A stretch of DNA of 64,000 nt from Candidatus Shapirobacteria bacterium (GCA_041649835.1 JBAZML010000001.1:38722-102721), one strand, 5' to 3'. Positions 31,925-42,396 are shown, numbered from the stretch's first letter. The notes: a model not told the origin generated them from the sequence alone. Made by a program: numbers and translations.

Positions 31925-34273
31925 TTAACTAAAAATCTTTTTGTAAATTTCGGAATAGTGGGTAACTGGAATAAATTTTATATCCCTTTTTACTTCTATT
32001 GGAATATCGACTAATGATTTTTGATTATCCTTGGGAATAAAAATAATTTTTAATCCTGCCCGATGAGCGGCCAGAGATTTTTCCTTTAAACCACCTATTT
32101 CTAAGATGTTCCCCCGAAGAGTTATTTCACCGGTCATACCAATATCATGGGGAATGGCTTTGTTGGTCAAGGCGGAAATAAGTGCAGTAGTGATAGCCCC
32201 ACCAGCGCTTGGACCATCCTTGGGAGTGGCACCCTCAGGAACATGGATATGAATATCAATTTTATGAAAATCTTGTTTAATCCCCCATTCTTTTGCCTGT
32301 GAACGGACAAAAGAGAGAGCAGCCTGACAAGATTCTTTCATGACTGAACCTAATTTCCCCGTCAATATTAATTGCCCTTTTCCAGGCATAATATTAACTT
32401 CAATAAAAAGAATGTCGCCACCAACAGATGTCCAAGCTAAACCGGTGGAAACACCAATTTCGTCTTTTTTACCCTTAAGTTGTGAGGTAAAACGTTCTGG
32501 TCCTAAAAATTTTTGTAATAATTTTTTATCATTTACATTAACTTTCTTGGATTTTCCTGACACTATTTTTTTGGCTGATTTTCTATAAATAGCAGCTATT
32601 ATTCTTTCTAAATTTCTGACACCGGCTTCGCGGGTATATTTGTCAATTAAATACCGAAGAGTTGAATCGTCAAATTTTGTAACTTGTGATTCTTTTAAAC
32701 CATTAGACTTTAATTCTTTACTGGTTAAATATTTTTGAGCAATATGAAACTTTTCGTCTTGGGTATAACCAGGAAAAGAAATTACCTCTAAACGATCACG
32801 AAGAGCGTAAGGGATAGAAGAATAATCATTGCCGGTAAGAATAAAAAACACTTTTGACAGGTCAAGAGGAAAATCTAGATAATGATCTGTAAAATTGTTG
32901 TTTTGTTCGGGATCAAGTGCTTCTAAAAGTGCGGCCGAAGGATCACCTCGATAATCTGAACCAATTTTATCAACCTCATCCAACATAAATATCGGATTCA
33001 TTGATTTGGCATCTTTAATACCGTTGACAATGCGTCCGGACATGGCACCGACATAAGTACGACGATGACCACGAATTTCGGCTTCATCCCGAATACCACC
33101 TAATGAAGCTCTGACAAATTTACGACCTAATGCATTGGCAATTGATTTACCTAATGAGGTTTTACCAACACCAGGAGGGCCAATGAAACAAAGAATATTG
33201 GTAGTTTTGGTATCACTATCTTTTTGTTGATTTTTCAATTTAATGACAGCGAGGTATTCCAATATTCTTTCTTTAATTTCTTTTAAACCATAATGATCTA
33301 GATTCAATATCTTTTCTGCCTTTTTTAGAGACAAGTCTGAAGTATCAAATTTACCCCAGGGAAGCTCGACAATACTTTCCAAATAAGTACGAATATAGCT
33401 TGCTTCCGGCGCCATAGAACCCATTTCAATCATTCGATTGTATTCTTTGAGAATTTTTTTCTTTATAGGTTGAGGCATTTTGGCGGTTTTAATTTTTCTT
33501 TCCAATTCATCAGTCTCACCACCACTACTTTTTCCCATCTTTTTTAACTCTTGTTCAATTTGATGTTTACGTTCTTCGAGAACATTCCGTTTCATGGCGC
33601 TATTAAATTTTTCTTGAGTTTTTTCTTCAATACTTCGCTCAAGATCAGCAACTTTCATCTCCTGAACCAAAAGAGCAGTGGCATGTTGAAGGCGTTTGGA
33701 AACTAATAGAGTCTCGAGAAGTTGTTGTTTTTCGGCAACTTTGGTATCAACAGCAAAAGAAACCTGATCAGCAAGATCAGAAGATGAAACACCCGTACTT
33801 AATTGCATCATGGCCGGAAGATCAAACTGACGACCAAGAGCAAAGGCTTTTTTTAATTGAGATAAAATTGCTTCGGCAGCCTGTTGTACATCAATTACCG
33901 GTTCATTGATTACCGGAAGCTCTTCATATTCTGCCAAAATAAAAGGATCGTTTTGAACAAAATTAACGATACTTATTCGGGAAAGTCCTTTGACAATGGC
34001 GTGCATACTCCCATCGGTTTGTAAAATATGTTCAATTTTTGCAATAACACCAACATTGTAAATATCGTTTATGCCTGGTTTTTCTGTAGTTGAGGATTTT
34101 TGAGCTGTGATTATTACCAAACGATCATATTTATCATAGGCTTCTAGTAAAGAATTACTCGATTCTTTTCTGCCAAAAAATAAAGAGGTTTCGACTGAAG
34201 GAAATAAAACTACATTTCGTAAAGGAATAAGAGGTAAAACTTTTTTTACAGGACTAGGGATTGTATCTGACAT
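31925..34273 (-). CDS. lon: ATP-dependent Lon protease
   Basis: GPPGVGKT, RGHRRTYVGA, PKDGPSAG, GGLKEK. Confidence 0.97.
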   Translation of the reverse strand: MSDTIPSPVKKVLPLIPLRNVVLFPSVETSLFFGRKESSNSLLEAYDKYDRLVIITAQKSSTTEKPGINDIYNVGVIAKIEHILQTDGSMHAIVKGLSRISIVNFVQNDPFILAEYEELPVINEPVIDVQQAAEAILSQLKKAFALGRQFDLPAMMQLSTGVSSSDLADQVSFAVDTKVAEKQQLLETLLVSKRLQHATALLVQEMKVADLERSIEEKTQEKFNSAMKRNVLEERKHQIEQELKKMGKSSGGETDELERKIKTAKMPQPIKKKILKEYNRMIEMGSMAPEASYIRTYLESIVELPWGKFDTSDLSLKKAEKILNLDHYGLKEIKERILEYLAVIKLKNQQKDSDTKTTNILCFIGPPGVGKTSLGKSIANALGRKFVRASLGGIRDEAEIRGHRRTYVGAMSGRIVNGIKDAKSMNPIFMLDEVDKIGSDYRGDPSAALLEALDPEQNNNFTDHYLDFPLDLSKVFFILTGNDYSSIPYALRDRLEVISFPGYTQDEKFHIAQKYLTSKELKSNGLKESQVTKFDDSTLRYLIDKYTREAGVRNLERIIAAIYRKSAKKIVSGKSKKVNVNDKKLLQKFLGPERFTSQLKGKKDEIGVSTGLAWTSVGGDILFIEVNIMPGKGQLILTGKLGSVMKESCQAALSFVRSQAKEWGIKQDFHKIDIHIHVPEGATPKDGPSAGGAITTALISALTNKAIPHDIGMTGEITLRGNILEIGGLKEKSLAAHRAGLKIIFIPKDNQKSLVDIPIEVKRDIKFIPVTHYSEIYKKIFS

Positions 34274-34329
34274 ATTTAGCAGTCTATCACTTTCACTGCT
34301 AAGTGTAAAGTGAGTAAATGAATGTTTTT

Positions 34330-34824
34330 TTAAATAATTTTAAAGGATTTGGCTAGCCTTTGAGAATCTTTTTGACTAATTTGATGAGTAAGGTGCTTAT
34401 ATTCTCTACTTGAATTAACGCCAATGCCACCCTCCATGTCTTTTAAGGTGAACAGAGTTATGTGGGTTGGTGGATAAATAAAACTATAACCAAAATGATG
34501 ATTAACAGCGGAAATCAGCTTTTTCAATCCCTGGAGGTAGACACGAACAATTATCGACTGTTTGTTTCCTTCTGTTACTCGTCGATAAATTTTGGTTATT
34601 TTTTTAAATTTTACCGGATATTTTTGTGCAAAACTTAAAACCTTTTTTTGATCAAAATCTGAAAAATCTTTTAGACGAATTAAACTAACATGATATCCGT
34701 TTTTGGAATAAAATATTTTGGTGCCAATTTTTATTTTTAAAATAATATTTAAATTGAGTGGAAACATTAAATAGCCATAATCTAAATATATGTTGGAATT
34801 AACGTTAAAAATGTTTTTATTCAT
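34330..34824 (-). CDS. Putative 2H phosphoesterase-like protein
   Basis: Two Hx(S/T) motifs (YHVSL, THITL) ~75 aa apart. Confidence 0.55.
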   Translation of the reverse strand: MNKNIFNVNSNIYLDYGYLMFPLNLNIILKIKIGTKIFYSKNGYHVSLIRLKDFSDFDQKKVLSFAQKYPVKFKKITKIYRRVTEGNKQSIIVRVYLQGLKKLISAVNHHFGYSFIYPPTHITLFTLKDMEGGIGVNSSREYKHLTHQISQKDSQRLAKSFKII

Positions 34825-34848
34825 ATTTTAGGGTAAAATACTCTAATA

Positions 34849-35763
34849 ATGAGAGCAATGGAAGAAATTGTTAAGAAAAAATATGGAATGGTTGTCATTT
34901 TAGGACGACCGAATACTGGCAAGTCTACCCTACTTAATGCCATCATGCAACAAAAAGTGGCGATAACTTCACCCCTTCCCCAAACAACCCGAAAAAATAT
35001 TATGGCTGTTTACGAAGATGAACGCGGAAAAATTTTGTTTACCGATACTCCGGGAGTACTTGGTAAGGTAACTGATTTAATGGGAAAAAAAGTTAATCAG
35101 GAAGTTCCTAAAACTTTAAACAAAGCCCAAATAATTATTTGTGTAGTTGATATCTCTAGACCGAAAAGTGAAGAAGAAAATAAAGTAATCGGATTAATTA
35201 GAAAAGTTGACGCTCAAAAAATATTAATTTACAACAAAACAGACAAGGCTGTTGGAAGTAAGGATCATTTTGCTGACTATAACTACCTTGAAGAAGAATT
35301 TGATAAAACTTTGTCAATTTCGGCTTTAAAAGAGAAAAATGTAAAAGCCGTAATTAATGCAGTTTTTGAATTGTTACCACTTAAAAATGACAAACAAACA
35401 GAGATGGAAATTGCGGCCCATCAGGATGATAGTAAAACGCTAATTGGGATGGGGTCCAAAGAGTATATTGAAGAAATTATTAGAGAAAAGGCTTATTTGT
35501 TTTTGCGTGAAGAAATTCCATATACCATTTTTGTGGAGGTAGATAAGGTTGAGGACAAGAAAAAATTGATTGTAATTTCCGCCACTATTTATACTAATGC
35601 TGATCGTTACAAAAAAATGATTATCGGTAAAGAGGGGCAAAAGATTAAAGAGATTGGCTACAATGCCAGAAAAGAATTAGAACTGATGTCGCAACGTAAA
35701 ATCTTTTTGGAACTAACGGTAAAAACAGATAAACACTGGATGGAAAGAGTACAGGATTTGTAG
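34849..35763 (+). CDS. era: GTPase Era
   Basis: GRPNTGKST, PQTTR, DTPG, NKTD, KH domain EEIPY..IIGK.G..IK. Confidence 0.96.
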   Translation: MRAMEEIVKKKYGMVVILGRPNTGKSTLLNAIMQQKVAITSPLPQTTRKNIMAVYEDERGKILFTDTPGVLGKVTDLMGKKVNQEVPKTLNKAQIIICVVDISRPKSEEENKVIGLIRKVDAQKILIYNKTDKAVGSKDHFADYNYLEEEFDKTLSISALKEKNVKAVINAVFELLPLKNDKQTEMEIAAHQDDSKTLIGMGSKEYIEEIIREKAYLFLREEIPYTIFVEVDKVEDKKKLIVISATIYTNADRYKKMIIGKEGQKIKEIGYNARKELELMSQRKIFLELTVKTDKHWMERVQDL

Positions 35764-35782
35764 AATTTTATATCTTATAATA

Positions 35783-35811
35783 TTGACTTTTAGGCTATTT
35801 TTTGATATCAT
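35783..35811 (+). promoter_or_regulatory. Sigma70-type promoter
   Basis: TTGACT-17 nt-TATCAT. Confidence 0.65.
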
Positions 35812-35944
35812 TTGAGTTGGATTAATATAAAAAGCTTATATTTGAATCCGGCTCTTTAAAACAACGGAGGAAGAAAATTTGAACTGAAAAATTAGATTGA
35901 GAATTGTCTCTATCTATAATTCAGTTCAAAAAAAGGAGAACTTG

Positions 35945-36346
35945 ATGAAAAAAGTATTTGCAATAACAAGGCACCTTGCAGAAATAGCTGTAACCACTCT
36001 GTCTTTGATTGGGTTAGTAAACCTAACAACCCTAACTCTTGTTAAACTTGGAGTTAAAATGCCAGCATTTTTACTGTCTAATATATGGGGAAAACCCATT
36101 GTCGATAGTGCAATTAGCTGGATCTTAATTTTACTTGGCATATTGATGTCAATCGTGTTAAGTAAATTAAAGGGATGGTGGTCTCTAGGTTGTATTCCAA
36201 TTTCAATTTTGCTGGTGATACTCTGGGAATCAACTAATGAGAGTGTGTTTGCACTTGCTACAAGTATCACCGGACTATATTTATTAGTCAGTTTATGCTT
36301 AAGTTTTCCCTCTTTTCAAAAAATAATTTTTTCCTCCGGCTACTAA
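35945..36346 (+). CDS. Hypothetical 4-TM membrane protein
   Basis: AAGGAG SD before ATG at 35945; four hydrophobic segments. Confidence 0.7.
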   Translation: MKKVFAITRHLAEIAVTTLSLIGLVNLTTLTLVKLGVKMPAFLLSNIWGKPIVDSAISWILILLGILMSIVLSKLKGWWSLGCIPISILLVILWESTNESVFALATSITGLYLLVSLCLSFPSFQKIIFSSGY

Positions 36347-36414
36347 AGCCACCACACCTATCCTCCAACGAGGTTCTTTTACCTCGTTGGAGGTTCTTAT
36401 GGTGTGCTTTAGTA
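36341..36414 (+). terminator. Long hairpin at the end of the 4-TM gene
   Basis: Perfect 13-bp stem CCTCCAACGAGGT/ACCTCGTTGGAGG with outer TACTAAAG..CACACC/GGTGTG-CTTTAGTA pairing, followed by TTTTGT. Confidence 0.65.
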
Positions 36415-36487
36415 TTTTGTTGTCTGTCGATGAATCGGCACTGATGAGTATTTCCAAGAAATTGGGAAACGAAACAACAAAAAATAA

Positions 36488-36516
36488 TTGACAGGGCAAG
36501 CTAATTCCTCTAGACT
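36488..36516 (+). promoter_or_regulatory. Sigma70-type promoter
   Basis: TTGACA-17 nt-TAGACT upstream of the YtxH-like gene. Confidence 0.6.
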
Positions 36517-36543
36517 AGGATTGTTATAATTTTTATTTTTAAA

Positions 36544-36969
36544 ATGTCAAAAACAGGTAAATTCTTTTTAGCAGGAATATTAGGTGCAGTGGCTGGTGCG
36601 GTTGGTGGTTTATTGTTAGCTCCACAAAGTGGAAAGAAGACCAGACAAGAAATTGCTGATTTGGCCGAAGAACTAGCTTTAAGAGTGAAAACAAAGGCCG
36701 ACGATACCCGAAATTTAGTAGTTGATGTCTATGGAAAATATACAGAAGAAGGTAAGGCTAAATACTTGGAAATTAAAGAAGCTGTTGTTTCAAAAATTGC
36801 CACTGTTAAAACAGCCGGAGAAAATATAGACAAAGAGAAATATGAAAAAGTTGTTGAAGATGTGGTAGCTGATTTTAAGGGTGATTTAGAAGCAACAAAA
36901 GATGGCGGTTCTAAAATTATTAGATACCTTAAAAAGGATTGGGAGAAAATCAAAAAGGCTTTGGCCTAA
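36544..36969 (+). CDS. YtxH-domain protein
   Basis: G...GAV.GLLLAPQSGKKTR motif then helical charged region. Confidence 0.88.
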   Translation: MSKTGKFFLAGILGAVAGAVGGLLLAPQSGKKTRQEIADLAEELALRVKTKADDTRNLVVDVYGKYTEEGKAKYLEIKEAVVSKIATVKTAGENIDKEKYEKVVEDVVADFKGDLEATKDGGSKIIRYLKKDWEKIKKALA

Positions 36970-37925
36970 AGTTCTTTGTCAAGTTCCTTGGTAATTAAGT
37001 CACTAAGTTTTTTAAGACTCTCGGTGTCGATAATAGATACCGAGAGTTTTGCTTTGAGAGACTTTTGAAGTTTGGCAACTTCAGTAGGTTCTAAAACATC
37101 AGACTTGGTAAGTATTAAGATTTCTGGTTTTTCAGCTAGGGTTGAAGAGTAATTAATAATTTCTTGACGAACTGTTTTATAATCAGCTTTTGGATCTTGA
37201 GATTCACAAGAAAGACAGTGAACTAATATTTTTGTTCTTTCAATATGTTTCAAAAATTTTATACCTAAACCCTTGCCATCACTTGCCCCCTCGATTAACC
37301 CCGGAATATCAGCAATGATTTTGCCTCCTTTAGTAACTCCCAAATTTGGTTCTAGGGTTGTAAAAGCATAATTGGCTACCCGAGCATTAGCTGAAGTCAA
37401 CTCATTTAGTAGACTGGTTTTACCGGCATTGGGCAAACCAATTAGACCAATTTCAGCGATTAACTTTAATTGAATAAAAATATTTCTGACGGCAGTTTTG
37501 TAGCCGCGTTTGAATTGACGAGGTTGTTGATTGGTGGCAGAGCGAAAATGGTGATTTCCCCAGCCACCGTTACCACCTTTGGCGGCAAGGTAAGTTTCTC
37601 CAACTTCGGTAAACTCTTTGCTGGTTCCATTATCATAATGAACAACACTACCAACAGGTACTTCGACAACTAAATCACGACCGTTTTTTCCAGACATTTG
37701 ATTTAAGCCACCTTTTTCTCCCGGTTGGGCTTCAATTTTATTCAGATAACGAAATTGAGAAAGACGACTAATATCTGAGACCGCTTTAAAATAAATATCA
37801 CCGCCATCACCACCCTTACCACCATCGGGACCACCTTTGGGGCGATCTCCATCATGATAAAAATGAACAATTCCATCACCGCCGTCACCAGCCTTGAGGG
37901 TAATATTGACTTCGTCGATTAACAT
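36966..37925 (-). CDS. obgE: Obg-family GTPase
   Basis: Gly-rich Obg fold (GGPDGGKGGDGG), GLPNAGKT, FTTLEPNLG, DIPGLIEGA. Confidence 0.96.
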   Translation of the reverse strand: MLIDEVNITLKAGDGGDGIVHFYHDGDRPKGGPDGGKGGDGGDIYFKAVSDISRLSQFRYLNKIEAQPGEKGGLNQMSGKNGRDLVVEVPVGSVVHYDNGTSKEFTEVGETYLAAKGGNGGWGNHHFRSATNQQPRQFKRGYKTAVRNIFIQLKLIAEIGLIGLPNAGKTSLLNELTSANARVANYAFTTLEPNLGVTKGGKIIADIPGLIEGASDGKGLGIKFLKHIERTKILVHCLSCESQDPKADYKTVRQEIINYSSTLAEKPEILILTKSDVLEPTEVAKLQKSLKAKLSVSIIDTESLKKLSDLITKELDKEL

Positions 37926-37939
37926 AGTTTGATTATACC

Positions 37940-38926
37940 TTAAATTCCAGTAATTAATTGACCACATGCAGAATCTATTGATTGACCAAAAGATTGCCGT
38001 AGAGAAAAGTTTTGATGAGTCTTGCTTAATGCATCTGTAAATATCTTCATTTTGGGAGAAGGAAGCAAGCCACCTTTAATGGGATTTAGGGGAATTAAAT
38101 TTAAATAAAACAAATTATTACTTTTCAAAAGATTTATTAACTCCGACAAGTCGGAGTCTGAATCATTTATATCCTTAATTAAGGCATATTCTAAAAATAA
38201 TTGGCGTCTGGTGTGAACAGTGTAATAATTTAGCGACTTTATTAATTCTTCATACGGATATGTTTTTGCTATTGGCATAATCATTTCCCTCGATTTTTGA
38301 TTTGAAGCGTGAAGAGAAATGGCTAAATTTATCTCAGTATCTAAATCAGCAAAATTATAAATTCGAGGAATAATTCCGGCAGTAGAGATAGATATTTTTC
38401 TGGAGCCTATATCTAGATTTTCTTTTATTATTCTCAGAGAGTCCATTAAATTGTCCCAATTTAAAAATGGTTCACCCATACCCATAAAAACAATTCGACC
38501 AATATATCTCGGAAAAATTTTATGATTCCAGTAAATTATCTGATCAATAATTTCTTCAGAAGTCAGATCTCTTTTTAGACCCATTTTCCCTGTGGCACAG
38601 AAGGCACAACCCAAGGGGCAACCCACCTGCGAAGAAACACAGGCAGTAACCCACTGATCATAATCCATTAATACCGATTCCACGGCTAAATTATCGTTCA
38701 ACTTTAACGCAACTTTTTTGGTATCAATACCTTCAGATAATTTAATTTCTGAGACAGAGAGAAGAGAAAATTTTTCATCGAGACTGGCACGAAGTTCCTT
38801 GGGTAAATCGGTCATTTCAGAAAAAGATTGATAACGTCCCGAAAAATAATTTTTTACAATTTGTCGATATCGAAAACTCGGTAAGTTTAAAGTGTCAAAA
38901 TAATTCTTGATTGCAGTTAGGTCCAC
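37940..38926 (-). CDS. rlmN: RlmN-family radical SAM RNA methyltransferase
   Basis: CVSSQVGC..GCAFCATG, MGMGEP, SLH, ACGQL. Confidence 0.93.
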   Translation of the reverse strand: MDLTAIKNYFDTLNLPSFRYRQIVKNYFSGRYQSFSEMTDLPKELRASLDEKFSLLSVSEIKLSEGIDTKKVALKLNDNLAVESVLMDYDQWVTACVSSQVGCPLGCAFCATGKMGLKRDLTSEEIIDQIIYWNHKIFPRYIGRIVFMGMGEPFLNWDNLMDSLRIIKENLDIGSRKISISTAGIIPRIYNFADLDTEINLAISLHASNQKSREMIMPIAKTYPYEELIKSLNYYTVHTRRQLFLEYALIKDINDSDSDLSELINLLKSNNLFYLNLIPLNPIKGGLLPSPKMKIFTDALSKTHQNFSLRQSFGQSIDSACGQLITGI

Positions 38927-38929
38927 TAT

Positions 38930-39238
38930 CTATTTTAGCGCGTTTAAGTAGTCTTGTTTTTGATGAAAACCAATGATGGTGTTTTTGAGCTTACCTTTTT
39001 CAAATATCAAGACAGCGGGGATAGAAGAAACATTATAATTACTGGCTAATTCCTGATTTTCATCAACATTGAGTTTAGTAACCTTGACGGTGTCTTTTAA
39101 TTCATCACCAATTTCATCAATAATTGGCCCAAGCATCTGACAAGGTCCACACCAAGGAGCCCAAAAATCGACTATGACTTGGTTTGGATTATCCAATACT
39201 TCAACTTTAAAATTATTTTGATTAACAACTGTGTACAT
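38930..39238 (-). CDS. trxA: Thioredoxin
   Basis: WCGPC. Confidence 0.97.
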   Translation of the reverse strand: MYTVVNQNNFKVEVLDNPNQVIVDFWAPWCGPCQMLGPIIDEIGDELKDTVKVTKLNVDENQELASNYNVSSIPAVLIFEKGKLKNTIIGFHQKQDYLNALK

Positions 39239-39255
39239 TTTTTAAAAAATATATA

Positions 39256-39660
39256 TTAATCTGTTTTCTTAACTAATTTCGCAGTATAAACAATAGTCCT
39301 TAGTACCCCATCAGAACCCTCAATTTGATTGAGACCGGAAAGGGTAACATATTGAGCCAAATAATCAGAAAGAGCCACTCGAAGTTCTTTAACCTGAGCT
39401 TGGGAATCTTTGATTTTTTCAACCAAAGTAACAGATTCAGAACGTTTTAAAACTTTTTGTTTGGCAATTGTCTTAAGCTTGGTATATTTACTAGCTTCTG
39501 TAGCAGAAGTACGATATTCTTCGTCATTATCAAGAATACCGTCAAGCATTTCTTTGTGTGTCCTGAGCTCTTTACTTAAAATATCGAGACGTTGGTCGTG
39601 ACTTTTAACTAAATTTTCGATGCTTATCAAATTTTTGGCGACGTTAGTTGAATCTGTCAT
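39256..39660 (-). CDS. Hypothetical coiled-coil protein
   Basis: 134-aa helical ORF in an operon-like run. Confidence 0.75.
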   Translation of the reverse strand: MTDSTNVAKNLISIENLVKSHDQRLDILSKELRTHKEMLDGILDNDEEYRTSATEASKYTKLKTIAKQKVLKRSESVTLVEKIKDSQAQVKELRVALSDYLAQYVTLSGLNQIEGSDGVLRTIVYTAKLVKKTD

Positions 39661-39671
39661 ATCGTATTAAT

Positions 39672-40712
39672 CTAGCAGTTGAGAAGACGCTCTTCAAGGG
39701 CATAAAGTTGATCAACCTTATTTAGCTTAACAATTTCCATACGTAGTTCTTTGGCGGCAGGATGACCGGAGACATATAGTAAAAAATGCCGACGCAATGG
39801 ATCAAAACGGCGTTCGGGAAATATGTCAGTAAAATTTTTGGCATGTAAAAGCATGGCACTAAATTTTTCTTTAAATTCGGGTTTTTTGTCGTTAAATACC
39901 CATGGATTTCCCATAGCAGCACGACCAATTAGAACTCCATCAACTCCATATTTTTGACAATATTCAAGTGCTTGAGTACGCGACTCGACATCACCATTTC
40001 CAAAGAATATGGTATTGGTTTTTTTGGCTAATTTGGCTGCTTTAGCGATAACTTCCCAATCGGCGACACCGGCATAGCCTTGCTTAAGAGTACGGCCATG
40101 AAGAGTTAAAAAATCTAGGTGATGTGAAAGTAGAAATGGAATCCAAAAGTCCGTGGTGTCAAAAGAGATACCAATACGGGTTTTTACCGAAAGGGTGGGA
40201 ATTATTTTTCCGATAAATTTAGAATATTTATTATTCCTTTCTATCACTTTATAAACTTTTTCTTTTAGTTTTAAATCTTCTAATGTAACTTTATTTTTCG
40301 CAAAATCTGAGACTGCTTTTTGAACGTTTTTTATAATTTGACTGGCTAGTTCAGGCTTGTCGATTAAAGAAGCGCCAGATCCATGCTGGGTAACTGTTTT
40401 GGCTGGACAACCAAAATTTATGTCGATACCATCAAAGCCTAAATAACAAAGAATTACCGCAGCAGTATAAAAGGACTCGGGGTCCTTTCCAAATAATTGG
40501 CCTATAATTGGGTGTTCTTGAGGTGAATAAAGTAAAGTATCAAAAAGTTTAACCGCATTGTGAGCCAAACCTTCAGCGCTGACAAACTCAGTAAAAATTA
40601 TATCTGGTTTGGCTATTTCACATTGAGTGACCCGAAATGCTTCATCTGTAATCCCATCCATAGGAGACAGAGCGACAATTTTTTGAGAGTGAATTAAGGT
40701 CTTAAGATCCAT
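39672..40712 (-). CDS. dus: tRNA-dihydrouridine synthase
   Basis: LSPMDGITD, DINFGCP, SVKTR.G, HGRT, NGDV, IGRAAMGNPW. Confidence 0.93.
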   Translation of the reverse strand: MDLKTLIHSQKIVALSPMDGITDEAFRVTQCEIAKPDIIFTEFVSAEGLAHNAVKLFDTLLYSPQEHPIIGQLFGKDPESFYTAAVILCYLGFDGIDINFGCPAKTVTQHGSGASLIDKPELASQIIKNVQKAVSDFAKNKVTLEDLKLKEKVYKVIERNNKYSKFIGKIIPTLSVKTRIGISFDTTDFWIPFLLSHHLDFLTLHGRTLKQGYAGVADWEVIAKAAKLAKKTNTIFFGNGDVESRTQALEYCQKYGVDGVLIGRAAMGNPWVFNDKKPEFKEKFSAMLLHAKNFTDIFPERRFDPLRRHFLLYVSGHPAAKELRMEIVKLNKVDQLYALEERLLNC

Positions 40713-41211
40713 TGTTTTTTAGCCAAATAGTCAGACATTCCTCCGAAAGACTGAGTCTATTAATAAAATTACTATCGTTAATACTTAAATTAACAATCGA
40801 CAAATAGTTTGAGAGAAAGAGTTGGTGTTCGGCAAAAAATTTATCAATATCGATAAAAGTTTTGAAATAATTCTTGGCTTTGTAAAGTTTAATTAAAAAC
40901 TCTTGACTCAGATCTAGACTAATAATGAATACTTTATAGCCGGATTTTAAAATTTCTTCCTGGTAACTTTTCCACTGGCGATCAATACTAGCGTCAAGTA
41001 TAAATGAATTTCCTGTTTTGAACAAAGCAGCTAAGCGATTTAAACTTCTTTTTCTAAATTCTTTTTCATCAAATTTTAATAAATCTTCGGTAACTTCGGT
41101 CCTAATTGAATCATTATTAAATACAGGTAAATTAAATTTTTCGCTCAAATAGTTTGCTAGTGGGGTTTTTGAAGAACCTGGAGGACCAGCAAAGGTAATG
41201 ATATATTTCAT
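40702..41211 (-). CDS. P-loop kinase-like protein
   Basis: GPPGSSKT, D.IR, ILDAS. Confidence 0.7.
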   Translation of the reverse strand: MKYIITFAGPPGSSKTPLANYLSEKFNLPVFNNDSIRTEVTEDLLKFDEKEFRKRSLNRLAALFKTGNSFILDASIDRQWKSYQEEILKSGYKVFIISLDLSQEFLIKLYKAKNYFKTFIDIDKFFAEHQLFLSNYLSIVNLSINDSNFINRLSLSEECLTIWLKNNGS

Positions 41212-41741
41212 TATTTTTTCTTGTTTCGATTTGCAAATTTGGCACCAATCTTGGCATGATGAAAGCGTGATTCAAAAACTGATTGACGCTGATGTTCAAA
41301 ATCTTTGGGTGAGTGAAAATGTTTAAGTGCCGGATGGCCAGGATTAGCGTCAATTGTATCTTCTTTAGTAACCTTTCTACCTACTATTGGTTTACCATTT
41401 AACCCAGTTGCTTGGGCTCGTTGAGGGTGACGTTTTAGGGCTTCCAGATGCCGCTCCTGACCTTCAGGGGTTAAGAAGGGATCAGGTTCTGAGTAATCGA
41501 CAATAATGGCTAAATCACCAAGCTTGTAGCGATTCATTTTTTCTTTGGCAGCAACAGCCGATTCCAATTCATCAAATTCGATGAATCCCATCCCCCGACT
41601 TTTGCCCCAACGATTGTGCATTATTTTTAGAGAGATGACTTTACCAAAAGGAACAAAGAGTTCAAGTAACTCCCCTTCTGTAAAACGAAAGGGTAAAGAG
41701 CCTATGAATAGGCGTTTATTGGGCGAATGTTTTTGATCCAT
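41211..41741 (-). CDS. RRM RNA-binding protein with basic C-terminal tail
   Basis: RNP2 LFIGSL, RNP1 RGMGFIEF. Confidence 0.92.
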   Translation of the reverse strand: MDQKHSPNKRLFIGSLPFRFTEGELLELFVPFGKVISLKIMHNRWGKSRGMGFIEFDELESAVAAKEKMNRYKLGDLAIIVDYSEPDPFLTPEGQERHLEALKRHPQRAQATGLNGKPIVGRKVTKEDTIDANPGHPALKHFHSPKDFEHQRQSVFESRFHHAKIGAKFANRNKKK

Positions 41742-41766
41742 ATAATAGGTATTATATAATATCCAG

Positions 41767-42396
41767 ATGATTAAATACGAAGTCTTGGTTTTAGGCGAAT
41801 TAAAAACAAACTGCTATTTAGTTTGGAATGATAAAAGTAAAGAAGCGGTCGTGATAGACGCGGCTGACGATGGAGTGGCAATTTCTGATGAAATACAAAG
41901 ATTGGGTCTTAATTTAAATTATGTTTTGGCTACTCACGGACATTTTGACCATAATTTGGGAGTACTTGATTTAAAACTTATTTATAAGATTCCTTTCGCT
42001 TGCAGTCAAAAAGATTGGTTTTTATTGGAGAGACAGCAAGAAACTGCAAAACATTTTTTGGGAATGAATATAACAGTACCAAATTTAAAAAAAATAGATA
42101 TTGATTTGAATTTGGAAGAGGAAATTATATTAGGTGAGGAAAAAATAAAAATCATTAAAACCCCTGGGCATACACCAGGTGGGGTTAGTTTTATAATTAA
42201 TGATAATATTTTTTCCGGAGACACTTTATTTGCCGAGGGAATGAGGGGACAAACAACCTACAACTATTGTTCCACAAAAGATATTTTTGAAAGTATCTAT
42301 AAAATTTTAGATTTACCTGAAAATACAACTATTTTACCTGGGCATGGGGAAGAAACAACGGTAGCAGAAGCGCGGAGTTTTTTTAAAAAAAATTAG
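41767..42396 (+). CDS. Metallo-beta-lactamase-fold hydrolase (glyoxalase II-like)
   Basis: THGHFDH, TPGHTPG, FSGDTLF, PGHG. Confidence 0.92.
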   Translation: MIKYEVLVLGELKTNCYLVWNDKSKEAVVIDAADDGVAISDEIQRLGLNLNYVLATHGHFDHNLGVLDLKLIYKIPFACSQKDWFLLERQQETAKHFLGMNITVPNLKKIDIDLNLEEEIILGEEKIKIIKTPGHTPGGVSFIINDNIFSGDTLFAEGMRGQTTYNYCSTKDIFESIYKILDLPENTTILPGHGEETTVAEARSFFKKN

